From Octopus sinensis (lineage: Eukaryota): a stretch of 64,000 nt of DNA. The position numbers were made by a program, and so were the translations under genes. Positions 33,679-45,608 of this stretch are shown one piece after another (position 1 is the stretch's first letter; each line of letters opens with the position of its first letter). Under the pieces are notes generated by a model, which did not search any database, was not told the DNA's origin, and was given only the letters and a program-made list of their open reading frames with translations. The DNA lies in contig NC_042997.1 in assembly GCF_006345805.1 (NCBI RefSeq), positions 208,010,001-208,074,000 of the forward strand, written 5' to 3'.

Positions 33679-34848
33679 TCGCACCTTCATATGCCAACCT
33701 GGTGATGGGCTTCCTGGAGAAAAAACTATATGACGAAATAGGGAAAGTCTTCGAACACGACTTCAGAGAAGACATCAAGAAAAAGTGGAAATGCTACCTC
33801 AATGACTGCTTCATCTTTTGGAACAGATCAGAAGAGGACCTACAAACATTCCACAACATCCTCAATACGCTGCACCCATCTATCAATTTCACAATAGATA
33901 CCAGCCACAACGAACTTCCCTTCCTAGACATCAACATCAAAATACACAACTCCATTGTCACAACAGACATCCACTACAAAAAAACTGACACACATCAATA
34001 CTTAAATTTCCACTCCTGCCACCCATCCCACACAAAAAGAAACATCCCATATAGTATGGCACGACGAATATGTAGCATAGTAACTGATTCACAAATACAA
34101 TTAATAAGACTAGATGAACTCAAAAACTTCCTCCTAGAGCAAAAATACCCCCTTAAACTAATAGAAAATGGAATCACAAGAGCATTAAAACTAGACATCG
34201 CACAACTCAGGACACCCAAAACAAAAACAAAGAAAACACTATCCCTTTTATAAACACACACAACCCTGGAGTTACCAACATCTTCCAAACCATACATTCA
34301 AACCTACCAATAGCCTTACAAAGCCCCAAAATGAAAAACATATTAAACAAATATAGCATAAAAAACAGTAGACGACAGGACAAAAACCTAAAAAAACACC
34401 TAACAAGAGCGAAATTCTCTTCAGAAACTAAAACGGAATTCTTTGCAAAAGAGTGCAGAGATGGTAGATGTGGGATCTGCAGCAACCCCACCTACAAATA
34501 CATAGAGGGTAACAGAGAGATAAGATTTTAAAATGGTGACATATTCAAAGTAAATGCAGATATGAACTGCAAGACGCAGAACGTCATATACTGCATAACC
34601 TGCCCCACGTGCAAGGAGAATTACGTAGGTGAAACTGGTAATTCTTTGTGCCAGCGAGCCAGGATCCACCGACAACATATTCGGCAGGAAGAACTATGCA
34701 AAATACCACTAAGCACACACCTAGCTACACGTGAGAAGGAAAATTTAAGATCTTTCCCTTCTACAAGTGTCCGAAGAACGACACCTCCTTCAGAGGAATA
34801 TGGAAAAACATTTCATAGCTAAGTTCTCCCCCAAATTAAATGGCTGAA
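33679..34848 (+). mobile_element. Penelope-like element P2, 5'-truncated at (TA)n; RT C-terminus and GIY-YIG, frameshifted
   Basis: FAPSYANLVMG, WKCYLNDCFIFW, LPFLDI, HSCHPSHTKRNIP, CRDGRCGIC, NVIYCITCPTCKENYVGET...R..IH. Confidence 0.92.
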
Positions 34849-34861
34849 ACTTTACTCAACA

Positions 34862-35400
34862 TACATTGAAGGACAAATTTTTCGATTTACAATATGATAT
34901 AGTAGAACATTTAATATATGTGTGTATATATATATATATAGGTGTGTGTGTGTATGTATATGTTACCTGTTATATACATTATATTGTTTTTGCAATTTAC
35001 TTGATCTTTACTTGCCAATTGTCATTCTAATTTTAACCTTCCTATGATATGCAATTTTCAAGATGGTGTAATTTGATTGTCCATTTTGATTCGATAGAAG
35101 GTGGGTTTTTCTCTAATATTTCATGTGTAAGCATGTATATATATATATATAGTGACATTGAAGGACGCATTTTTCGATTTACAATCTAATATAGTAGAAC
35201 ATTTAGTATATGTCTGTATGTGTATATATATATATTATATATATCTGTGTATGTATATATGTGTATTGCCTGTTATATACATTATATTATTATCTTTATA
35301 ATTTACTTCCATCTTAACCTTTTAATTGTCACTTTAATTTTAACTTTCCTATGATATACAATTTTCAAGATGGTGTAATTTGGTTGTTCATTTTGAACAA
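34862..35400 (+). repeat. Diverged tandem duplication (about 290-bp period) in the P2 3' region
   Basis: acattgaaggac...ttttcgatttacaat...tagtagaacattt at about 34863 and 35155; tatgatat..aattttcaagatggtgtaattt at about 35043 and 35351. Confidence 0.8.
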
Positions 35401-35809
35401 AAGGGTTTTTTTCAAATATTTTATGTATAAGTCTGTGTGTGTATATATATGTATTGGTATAAATATCAACACACAAAAATATTTTTTTCTTCTTCTCCAC
35501 TTTCTCCCTTATTTTTATTTATTTTTCATTTATTTTTTTATTTTTCATTTTTTATTTTTTATATTTTTTATTTTTTTTTTTTTCCCTTTTCTCTTTTTGT
35601 CTCTCTCCCCTTCTCCAAACACACAGAGACACACACACACCTCCACAAAACGATCATAGAAAGTATGACCCCAAATGACATTTGTCCCGCCAGCCTACCC
35701 ACAACACACACTCAGTGACACCAGAATGGACAGAGAGCTAAAATTCTTAGAAAACACTAGGGGGTCCAGCAGGCCAAAGGAAATACTTCTTCTTCCCTCT
35801 CAGATACAA

Positions 35810-35857
<48 letters not shown>

Positions 35858-36150
35858 ACATGTTTTCTCTGTCTCACTTCCTCCTCACCCTCTTATACTG
35901 TCTTATTCCTCCCCACTACTACGAAACTCTATAAAATGTTCAAATTCCCCACAAAGGAATTGATTTGATTTGAAAACCCCACTGGAATGGGAGAAAGCGC
36001 TAATAATCTGAATGATATGATCTGAATGATATGATAGATATATATATGTAAAAAATGTAATATATAAATAAATATCTATAAATATGAACCATCCGATCTG
36101 ATTACCTCATTTTTTCTAATATATAATACCTGTACATCATCTCCAAACCT

Positions 36151-36189
<39 letters not shown>

Positions 36190-36191
<2 letters not shown>

Positions 36192-36362
36192 GACATGATA
36201 GGTCATTAGCCACTACACACATTTTTTTCTCTCCTTGTTTCTCTCCGTGTTTTTTCTGTGTCCCTTTCTGTAGAAGAGCGTAGGCTCGAAACGTAAAAGA
36301 TTTTTTCTATTCACCTGTATATCACCTGTCTTCGTCTTTTGTTATTTTTGTAAACTCTCCCT
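36190..36362 (+). mobile_element. Solo pseudo-LTR fragment of PLE family P3 between (TA)n tracts
   Basis: cattagccactacacacattttt...cacctgtcttcgtcttttg matches 40510-40670 in reverse. Confidence 0.85.
36264..36299 (+). ncRNA. Minimal hammerhead-like motif with CUGUAGA core (P3 family)
   Basis: cttt-CUGUAGA-a-gagc gtag gctc-GAAA-cg-UA-aaag. Confidence 0.5.
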
Positions 36363-36566
36363 ATATATATATATATATATATATAGATAGATAGATAGAT
36401 GAGTGTGTTTTTACCTTGTTAACAATTACATGGAAAAAAAAATAAATAGTTACCAGGGTAGCAAAAGTCTCACATATATACACCCATACACACACATACA
36501 TAGGTGCAGGTGTGGCTGTGTGGTAACAACCTTGGTTCCAAAACACGTAATAATATGTTATATCTA

Positions 36567-36646
<80 letters not shown>

Positions 36647-37069
36647 AAACACCCTAATGGGAGCCTTAACTCCCAAATTTTAGTCATTTCTTTTATGATC
36701 CAAAACTAGGTCAAAAGTACAGAATGGATCTTTATGAAATTTGGAAATTGTATTCTATACATAAGGGCCATAACCCCCATGACAATTCCTATGTTTTTGC
36801 AGTTGATGAAATTTTAACCATAGATATTAGACACAAATGAAGTAATATTTATAAAATTTCATCTTCTTACAAGTTGGAAAGACCCCGCCATGGGGACTTA
36901 ACAAACACAATTTTGTCATTTTATCTAAGCAAAGACGAACACAGTTGTACTCTTGGAAGCTGTGAGGTTAGCCAATCATAAAAGATGAGCAATATTTATA
37001 ATTCAATGGTACAACATTGTAACACTTTTTCTTTGACATACACTTACATTGTGATTTCTGCAATCATCA

Positions 37070-37745
37070 TCATCATCATCATCATTATTTAACGTCCACT
37101 TTCCATGCTGGTATGGGTTGGACGGTTCAACTGGAGTCCGGGAAGCCAGTAGGTTGCACCAGGCCCAGTCTGATCTGGCAGTGTTTCTACAGCTGGATGC
37201 CCTTCCTAACGCCAACCACTCCGTGAGTGTAGTGGGTGCTTTTTACGTGCCAGACGAGTCTGGCAAACGGCCACGATCGGATGGTGCTTTTTACGTGCCA
37301 CCGGCACGGGGACCAGACGAAGCTGGGAAACGGCCACGGTCGGATGGTGCTTTTTACGTGCCACCGACACGGAGGCCAGTCGGACAGTGCTGGCTACAGC
37401 CACGTTCGGATGGTTCTCTTACGTGCCACCAGCACTCGTATCAGATTACGATTTTGATTTTCACTTGCCTCAACAGGTCTTCACAAGTGGAGTTTTGTGT
37501 CCCAAGAAGGAAAGGAATGCATAAGTGAGCTGGCTACATCCCAGGTGTAGGCCATGGGATTATGGCCTCACTTCTGCCGTGTCTTCTCACGCACAGCATA
37601 CTTCCATAGGTCTTGGTCTCTAGTCATTTCCTTGGTGAGACCTAAAGTTTGAAGGTCGTGCTTCACCACCTTGTCCCAGGCTTTCCTGGGTCTACCTCTT
37701 CCACAGGTTCCCTCAACCGCAAGGGTGTGGCACTTTTTCACTGCA
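37070..37745 (-). mobile_element. 5'-truncated RTE LINE (ORF end, 3' UTR with 4 VNTR units, (GAT)n tail)
   Basis: KCHTLAVEGTCGRGRPRKAWDKVVKHDL...; UTR matches 48030-48610. Confidence 0.9.
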
Positions 37746-38574
37746 TAAATTGTCAAGTAAATGTGAGACATCTTTGCCTCCACTGATTCAGTTGCAAAGA
37801 GTTGAGTAAAGTTATTTGATTGCAGATTTCCTTTCAGTCTTTTTATTATCACTGGGTCACACATAGTCCCCTGATGGTAACATTGATTTCAAGGCCTTCC
37901 CAGATGAGTGACTGGTTATTCAAAAACATTTATAGATTGTAAATTTATTCTGTCCAGTTACGTCTCAGTATAGTGGTCATTTGCAAACTCCAGAGGTGAC
38001 ACTTTTATTTCGCCTTAGCCCTCACGTCACACAGTTGTTAATGTTTATTTCAGTTGGGTCACGCCCTTCCAATTGCTAGAGATTCATAATGAATCTTACG
38101 GCTGTGCCTGTCACCTGTGTGGTGAGGAATCCTACATTGGGAGTAGTAACAACTAGGGTACAGTAGCTGACTGCTTATTGTGATCATTCGTCTTTTGGTT
38201 TCCTGTAGCTTTGCTCTCTTTTACAAACCCAGTGAACATATGTTTCCTATTTCAAAGAAATTCAAACAATACATATAAGACCCAAGTTAAAAAGATTCTC
38301 AACAATTCAACTTCTCTGGTTGACACTAAGACACCCACCCCCAACAGGGGCCTTAGCTCTCACATTTTAGAGCTCCATGACCTTCATTTTTCAGGAGCAA
38401 AATCCTTCTGACAGGTTCAATAAGACTGGAATTTTGGAATCTGCGCCTAAAAATCAGTAGTATGGGATACATGTGGCACGATCATAATTTTTTTAGGGTG
38501 AGTAAAGAGGAAATAACCTTCATCTGCAATTTTGATGAAATTTGAAACATAGATATTCCAGTTCATTACAGAAA

Positions 38575-38639
38575 ATATAACAGAAAAGCCTAATTCTTCA
38601 ATTGAATGTAACAGAAGCAACGCTGGTTATCTCTGCTAG
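38575..38639 (+). mobile_element. Helitron 3' terminus
   Basis: aattcttcaattgaatgtaacagaagcaacgctggttatctctgCTAG|t(at)n; matches the minus-strand terminus at 57451. Confidence 0.8.
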
Positions 38640-38679
<40 letters not shown>

Positions 38680-39527
38680 GATGTGTGTATTTTTTCCCTT
38701 GTTAACTATTAGCATAGAAAAAATAGATAAATAATTACCAGGGTAGCAAAAATCACACAAGTAAAGAGGTTGTAACTCCTTGTATTTAAAGGTAGAAGTT
38801 CGGGTTTATGTGGTATTTTTTGTATAATATATAAATAATTAAATGGAGTTTAACGCAGGTGTAATTCAAATTCTTTTACTTCTGACACATTTTTCAAAGA
38901 TTTTACTGATATTATTCAAAAGAATAAATGGTGTAAAAAACAATGTAATCTTCTCTTGAAGGAAGTGAAGAAATGAAACTCGTCAATAAGACATTTTAAC
39001 AGAAAATAATGGATATCTATAGTGATTTACTGAACACTATTAATATTCTTTGAAAAAACGTTATATGATAAAACGTCAGAAGTAGCCTATAGAAAGAGGA
39101 GGGATATTTTTTTAGTGAATGTGAAATATAAAATGAAAATTAATGTTTAAATTATATATAATGATAAAGATTATTTATATGAACTAAAGATGTTTTTTGC
39201 TAATGTTTACATCGGTATGCATGATCTATAACCGTGTTTACTAGGGGATTTTTAGAAAAAATAATGAAAAGAATTACAGAGAAGACAGAATTCCTTGCCT
39301 TTGTCATAAGGTATCGAGATTGAGAGAATCAACCATTCTAAATTAAATTGTTCATTGTGGTCTTTTAGATCCCAAATTAATTTACTGAGCCTAGTACTGT
39401 TACGTTTATTCCTATCCCTAAATGTTGAAATGCTTTACACCATTTATTCTTTTGAATAATATCAGTGAAATCTTCGAAACATGTGTTGGAAGTAAAAGTA
39501 TTTGAATTATACATGCATTAAACTCCA

Positions 39528-40378
39528 TTTGAGTGTTTTGCGTTCTTGTCCCATTTTGTATTTTTATATATAATTTTTATAGATATATTATTGCGGCGTA
39601 ATGTATATCTTGTTCTCTTATGTATGTAAGCATTCCACTATTGTACGACTTCTACACACACTTTCTCTATACTTCACTAGTCTCTGTCTTTCTCTTTTCT
39701 CGCCTCTGATTCTTTGGTCTCCTCTTCCCCCACTCTCTCACATTTCTCTGTCTTTCTCACTTTGCACCTCACTGATTCTGTCGCCAAGCCAATCCTTGGC
39801 ACGCTCTCTTTCTTATCCCCTCTTTAATTCCTTCTTTCTCTCTCTTCTCCCCCCTTTGGTGCCTTTGACCCTCTTTTTCTCTCTCTCTTTGATTCCTTTG
39901 CTCCCTTTTTTTCTCTCTCTTCTCCTCTCATGTGACCGCCGGTCAACTAGCCTTTCGGCTTCTGAGCACCACCACGACAACATCGATTCCTTCATCTTCC
40001 GCAAAGGCATTTTTTCCAAATACGCCAGCTAAGCTAAGTTGAACTGTCTAAAGTCATAAGACACCTGCTGCTTTTGTCCTGTTATTACTATTATTGTTTT
40101 TTGTATTTATATTCGTGTGGCATCGTCCATTTTTCTGTCCTTGTTTCATTTACATATGATCCTTTTTCCAAGAAATCTAATGCTCGTAGCTTAGTTTTTC
40201 CTTGGGGCTGGCCGGATCGGAGCAATCTCAAGATTAATCAACCGAAATTGTGAGGATGATCCAGTTCTTGACTGAAGATTAGAGGCTTTGAATGACCCGT
40301 CCGTATTTTGTGTCATCTCTTTGAGTGTTTTGCCTTCTTGTCCCATTTTGTATTTTTATATATAATTTTTATACATAT
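39528..40378 (+). mobile_element. PLE-like 3' relic bounded by about 55-bp direct repeats (39528-39585 and 40320-40378)
   Basis: tttgagtgttttgc.ttcttgtcccattttgtatttttatatataattttt occurs at both ends; no clear coding motif. Confidence 0.4.
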
Positions 40379-40384
40379 ATATAT

Positions 40385-41680
40385 ATATAACAGGAAGCTT
40401 TACGAAAATAAGCAAAAGACGAAGGCAGGTGGAGTACAAACAAACAATTGTATTAGTATGTATGAGTATTGTATTATATATATATATTTATAGGGAGAGT
40501 TTACGTAAAAAACAAAAGACGAAGACAGGTGGTATACAAAACAAACAGATGTATTAGTATAACGCTCAGGAATAGAAAAAAGTCTTTTACGTTTCAAGCC
40601 TATGCTCTTCTACAGAAAAGGACACAGAAAAAAACAAGGAGAGGAAAAATGTGTGTAGTGGCTAATGATTTATCATGGCGACTAGTGCCGGACAGAAGGG
40701 TCAAACACGAGAAGGAAAGTAGGGGAGATAACAAGGTAAAGATGACCCTCAACACAAAGGTGCGTGCGTGTATAAGAGAGTATGTATGTGCATGTGAAAG
40801 AGGGCTGGTGGTCTGGATGTGTGCATGTATGTATGTGTAGGTGTGAAGATGTGGGAATGGGTGTGTGGGTGGTTTGGTGTGATGTGATGTGTAATGTTGT
40901 ATGGTGTGATGTGATGTGTAATTTTGTATGGTGTGGTGTTGATCTTGTTGGGAGGTGGGGAGGCGAGAGTGGGGAAAGCATGGGTGGGGTGTGGGTTCGG
41001 CTGGGGGTTGGGGTTAGTGGATAGGCAGAGGGTGGGGGATGGGATGGGAAGGATAGGGAAGGTGGAATAGGGATGTGTAGGGGAGGGTGGGTTGATGGGG
41101 AGGGGAAGGTGGGTATGTGAGGAGAGAGAGAAGGTAAGAAGAGAGAAAGAGAGGGTGAAAGAGTAAGCGAGAAGAGAGAAAGAGAATAAGAGAGGAAAGA
41201 GAAAGTGAGTAAGAGAGAAGATAGAAAGAGAGAAGAGAAAAAGAGAGTAAGGGAGAAGAGGGAAAGAGTAGGGGTGAAAAGATGTAGGAGTGAAGAGAAG
41301 TAGGAGTCAGGGAGGAGGTTAGATGAAGAGGGGAGGAGGGTTGAGCCCAAATGGCGTAAAAGAGTGAAGAGAGAAGATTAATCCCTGTTCACGTTGCAAA
41401 CGGGAGTCCGGATGGCCTCTGTGCAAGGACAATCCGAACACAGACAGCTGTTGCAAGAAGTGACTGGTGGAGCGGAAATGGCGTGAGACTGGGGTATCAT
41501 TGCCGAGGTGGATGTCTCGGAGGTGTTCCGTGAACCGGTCAACCAAGCGGTGTCCTGTTTGTCCGATGTACAGGGAATGGCAGAGAGAGCAGGAGATGCA
41601 ATAGATGATATTGCTGGAGGTGCAGGTGAAGGAGTCGATTGTGGTGAATAGCTATTCCAAATGGCCTGAAGTGTGTAAAT
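40385..41680 (-). mobile_element. Penelope-like element P3, 5'-truncated (GIY-YIG plus pyrimidine/CA-rich 3' region and pseudo-LTR ends)
   Basis: Minus strand FTCTSSNIIYCISCSLCHSLYIGQTGHRLVDRFTEHLRDI...RHF...REQGLIFSLHSFTPFGLN. Confidence 0.9.
40584..40620 (-). ncRNA. Second CUGUAGA hammerhead-like motif (P3)
   Basis: Minus strand ctttt-CUGUAGA-a-gagc atag gctt-GAAA-cg-UA-aaag. Confidence 0.45.
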
Positions 41681-42659
41681 GTTCAAGGCCAACCACAAGT
41701 GTGACTACAGACTTCTTGGAAGAACTGTTCGCTCGTTGTGGAGTGCCAGATCTGATCGTATCGGTACAAAATTCATGGTGAAGGAGTTCAAAAGATTCTG
41801 TAAGTCGGTTCGGATGAAGGATGTGTTAACTCCGCCATACCATTCAAGGTCAAATGGGTTAACAGAAAGATTCATTGACACATTCAAGGGAGCCTTAAGG
41901 AAGACCCGACGGGAAAACATTGAAGATACAAATATGACAAAGCTTTTGCAGGTGTATAGAATAACACAGAATCCAAATGCAGAGTCGGGTAGGTCACCCA
42001 CTGATTTGATGTTTTCCAGAAAAATTTGTTCTATTTTTGACAAATGGTTGCCAAGCAGGAAACAGAGAATAGAAAATTCGGGAAGAAAAACGAATTTTTT
42101 TAACACAGGTGACAAAGTGTATTTTAAAATATATAGTAATTGAAAACAGGACTGGGAACAAGGAAGTATAACTGGACGTCTGGGTAATGTGATGTACATG
42201 GTAAAAGGACCAAAATATGAACATAGAAGGCATTTAAACAAATTAAATAACAAGATATACCAAAAACCAAGAGAGGCATGAAGAACCAATGGATTTATGG
42301 TATGATTTGTTCCAGGTCCTAGAACCACAAGCAAAAGTGTTTGAGGTCCCAGAACCGCAAGCAGAACCGACATGTAGGTCGAACAGGAAGAGAAAACCTA
42401 CAGGAATGATGGAAATTAACGCTAAGAGAAAAAGATATGCCAGATTCTCACCGAGGAAATGAAATTGATAAATTCGGGTTTCAAAAACTCAAAAGGGGGA
42501 GATGTTGTGTGGACGCCCCCAGACGATTAAGTAAGCTAGCCCAATATGTAGATATGGAGGGAGAAGTCTAGACGACGGCAGGGAACAGCTGAATAGTGGT
42601 GAGAGCAGACGAGCGTAGAGTAGAGTAGAGTCAAGTAGAGGTCATCCGAACCTGCAACA
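41681..42659 (+). mobile_element. Ty3/Gypsy-like LTR retrotransposon 3' fragment: integrase, PPT, 157-bp LTR
   Basis: FLEELFARCGVPDLIVS...TPPYHSRSNGLTERFIDTFKGAL (rve integrase); PPT aaaagggggaga at 42491-42502; LTR TGTTG(42503)...CAACA(42659). Confidence 0.88.
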
Positions 42660-42699
42660 TAACAGGTCCATAAACTTAGAAGCAAAGAGAAGTATGAAT

Positions 42700-44290
42700 G
42701 ATTAAGATCTTTATGACAGAACAGAGCCTTTTGTGGCTATGAGGCCCAGGATGACTTTAAAAGATCATAAGGAGAATTTTTTCTAAACCTAAGATTAGCT
42801 TAATTTGGCCAGTCTATCAAATAGGAAATTGGATTTGTATAAGAAAAAATTGCATAGTTTTTAAAAGATCTGGTTTATCCATTCCTATAAAAATTGAACA
42901 TGATTCTGTTAATTATTTTACTGGCCAATATAGCCCATATCATATAGCTACCAATAGAAATATATTAACTTTAATAGTAATCATCTTAAAGCAATTACAT
43001 GAACTTTAGTTAAGAATATTTCAAGGCATGTTACATATTTATCTTCTAATAAAGAAATCTTTAACAATAATGCAGAATGTTATGATCTTGCTCTTAAAAA
43101 GGTGGGATATGTGCATAGGATTGTATATTGTAATAAAAATTAAGACTATAAAAAATATTATTTTAATAATGGTAGTTTGGTTGACAACGGAATCTGTGGA
43201 TAATAGAGATGTGGGTAATAAAATTTAAATTAATAAATCTCATAAAAATGTAAATAGTAATAAGGCTGATGAGGTAATTAATAAACTAACCATTACAGAA
43301 TCTAAAGATAACTTAAGTAAGAGTGGAATGAAATATAGTGTAAATGTATGTTCCAAAAATCAATACCAATAATGTAGATACGCTAAATCTGTATTATGAT
43401 CATAATAATGATGGTATTCATAATAAGAATAATACTACTAATAATAGTAATAGTAGGGATAAGAAAAGTGTAGTAATTATAATATTCTATGTGAAAATAG
43501 GCTCGAATTTAAGACTAAAAAGTACACTCCATATTCAAGTTTTGACACACTTAATACTGTTAATTCTATAAATGGTAACAATATTTGGTTTATTATTCCT
43601 TATGCAAGACAAATAAAAACTAATTTAGTTAGGCTTTTTTACAGACCTATATCTAAGCATTTCAATAAAGAAAGTAAATATGATAAAATAATTAATAATA
43701 AAGAGATCAGAATTGGTTTTTTCAGTATCTAAAAATTTGTTTAGAATCATCTCTTCAGTTAATAACAAAAAATTAGACAATTTTTTATAACAGAAATGAT
43801 AATTCTGTTAATGGTAAGTGTGTCACTAGAACTTGTTATTGTAGATTTAAGGATAAATGTTATTTCAATAATTTTCGGATGCAAAATAATGTATATAGAT
43901 GTAGAATTGAATCTGAAGGGAAAAATTATTTTTACATTAGGTCAACTGAAACTTTTATTAAAAATCGAATTGCAAACCACAAGAACACTTTTAGGAATAG
44001 GAATGGGTCGAACAGTACCAGTTTAAGTAAGTTATTTGGAAAGTAGGGGATAGTATGAAATTGTACAGCATTAAATAGCAAATAATTAGTCATTCTAGAT
44101 TTTACAAAATTGCTGATAATAGATGTGACTTATGAGTGGATGAAATATATGAAATTTTAAAATGAAAAACAGAAACTCCTCAATGACAGATGTGAATATG
44201 TTTTATCTTGTACACACTTTTCTGATTATGTATTTAGAAAATTTTATTAATGAAGTGCATTATTTCAAAGATTATATTTAACAACAAATT
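42700..44290 (+). mobile_element. Old Penelope-like element P4 (RT C-terminus, Asn-rich linker, GIY-YIG), heavily mutated
   Basis: YSPYHIATNR...SNH...LSSNKEIF...YDLALKKVGY; NIWFIIPY...KTNL...KHF; KIIFYIRSTETFIKNRIANHKNTF. Confidence 0.75.
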
Positions 44291-44383
44291 TTTTATTAAA
44301 TATACGCATACGTGTACAATATATATATGTAACTGTATGTAGCTATATGTATGTATGTATATATATATATATGTGTGTGTGTA

Positions 44384-45601
44384 TTGGGTTGTCCAGAAAG
44401 TTCATGCCGATTTATAGTAGCTTACCTTTCGACTTATTATAGAACATGGTTGAGTCCATAAAAGAGGATTTGACTACATTTCCATTTAAAGCACAGTTTA
44501 AGGTATCTTTTCATGGAAGAAGGTTTATGTTCCTATAACCTGTGTTAATTCTGTAACCCTTTAAAATGGAAGATAAGAATGTTCATTTTCGGCACTTGAT
44601 GCTTTTCTTTTTCTGTAAAGGGAAAAATGTCTCACAAGCCACCAAAGAAATATGCGCAGTTTACGGTGATGTTTCTTTATCTGAAGTGGTTTGCAAGGTT
44701 CCAAGCTGGAGATTGTAGCCTTATTGATAAAGAGCGATCAGGCAGACCATCCACTACAGATGATGACCAAATCAAGCCATTAATTGAGAATAACCCACAT
44801 TGCACAACCCAAGAATTGGCAGAAAGTCTCAACCTATCAAATTCCGTCATTCATGAGCACCTGGTAAAGCTTGGATACACAAATCACTATGATGTTTGGG
44901 TGCCACATGAGTTGCGTGAGAAGAACCTTTTGGATTACATTTCCATCTGTGATTCGCTTTATAAATGGAATGAAAATGTGCCTTTTTTAAAGCAAATTGT
45001 GACAGGTGATGAAAAATGAGCCACCCTTAGCCACCCCAAAAGCAGGTTTTCACCCTAAAAAAGTCTTGCTTTATGTCTGGTGGTATTGGAAAGGAATTCT
45101 ATACTATGAGCTTCTCCCAAGTAACCAGACAATCACTTCTGAGAAATACTGCAAACAACTGGACAAGTTAAAAGCAGCAATTCAAGAGAAACGTCCAGAA
45201 TTGGCCAACAGGAAAAGTGTTGTTTTCCAACATGATAATGCAAGATCGCATGTTTTTTGGCAACCAGATAAAAATTGGTGCAGCTTGGCTGGGATGTGTT
45301 ACCCCACCCTCCATATTCACCAGATATTGCTCCTTCGGATTTCTACTTATTCAGGTCTCTGCAGAATTGTCTCAATGGTAAAAATTTCAATTCCTTGGAT
45401 GACATAAAAAAATACCATGATGAATTCTTTGCCATGAAACCACCTCAATTCTGGGAAGAGGGTATTTTCAAGTTAAAGGAAAAATGGAGAGGCATTGTGC
45501 AACAAAATGGTTCATATTTGGTTGATTAAAAATGTAATAGCAAGTATTTATTGACCTTTTCTTTCCTTTAAAAATCAGCACGAACTTTCCGGACAACCCA
45601 A
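44384..45601 (+). mobile_element. Mariner (DD34D) DNA transposon, 1218 bp, defective transposase
   Basis: TIRs ttgggttgtccagaaagttcatgccgattt / aaatcagcacgaactttccggacaacccaa; left TA; MEDKNVHFRH, WVPHEL, IVTGDEK, HDNAR, HPPYSPDIAPSDFYLF. Confidence 0.95.
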
Positions 45602-45608
45602 TCAACTT

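Noticed and set aside
29518-33778. (YI)n, (HT)n and (CV)n ORFs (also at 48458-48869 and 52734-53024)
   Set aside because: Translations of (TA)n/(CA)n tracts.
36650-36990. MITE or DNA transposon
   Set aside because: Looks repeat-like (resembles 38420-38570), but no matching TIR pair or TSD could be identified.
39455-39492. GAAA-catgtg-TT hammerhead half (similar relic at 40195-40260)
   Set aside because: The upstream core is unrecognisable; too decayed to support.
43262-43310. CTGATGA-ggtaat...attac hammerhead
   Set aside because: Followed by agaatc, not GAAA; lies inside a degenerate coding linker.
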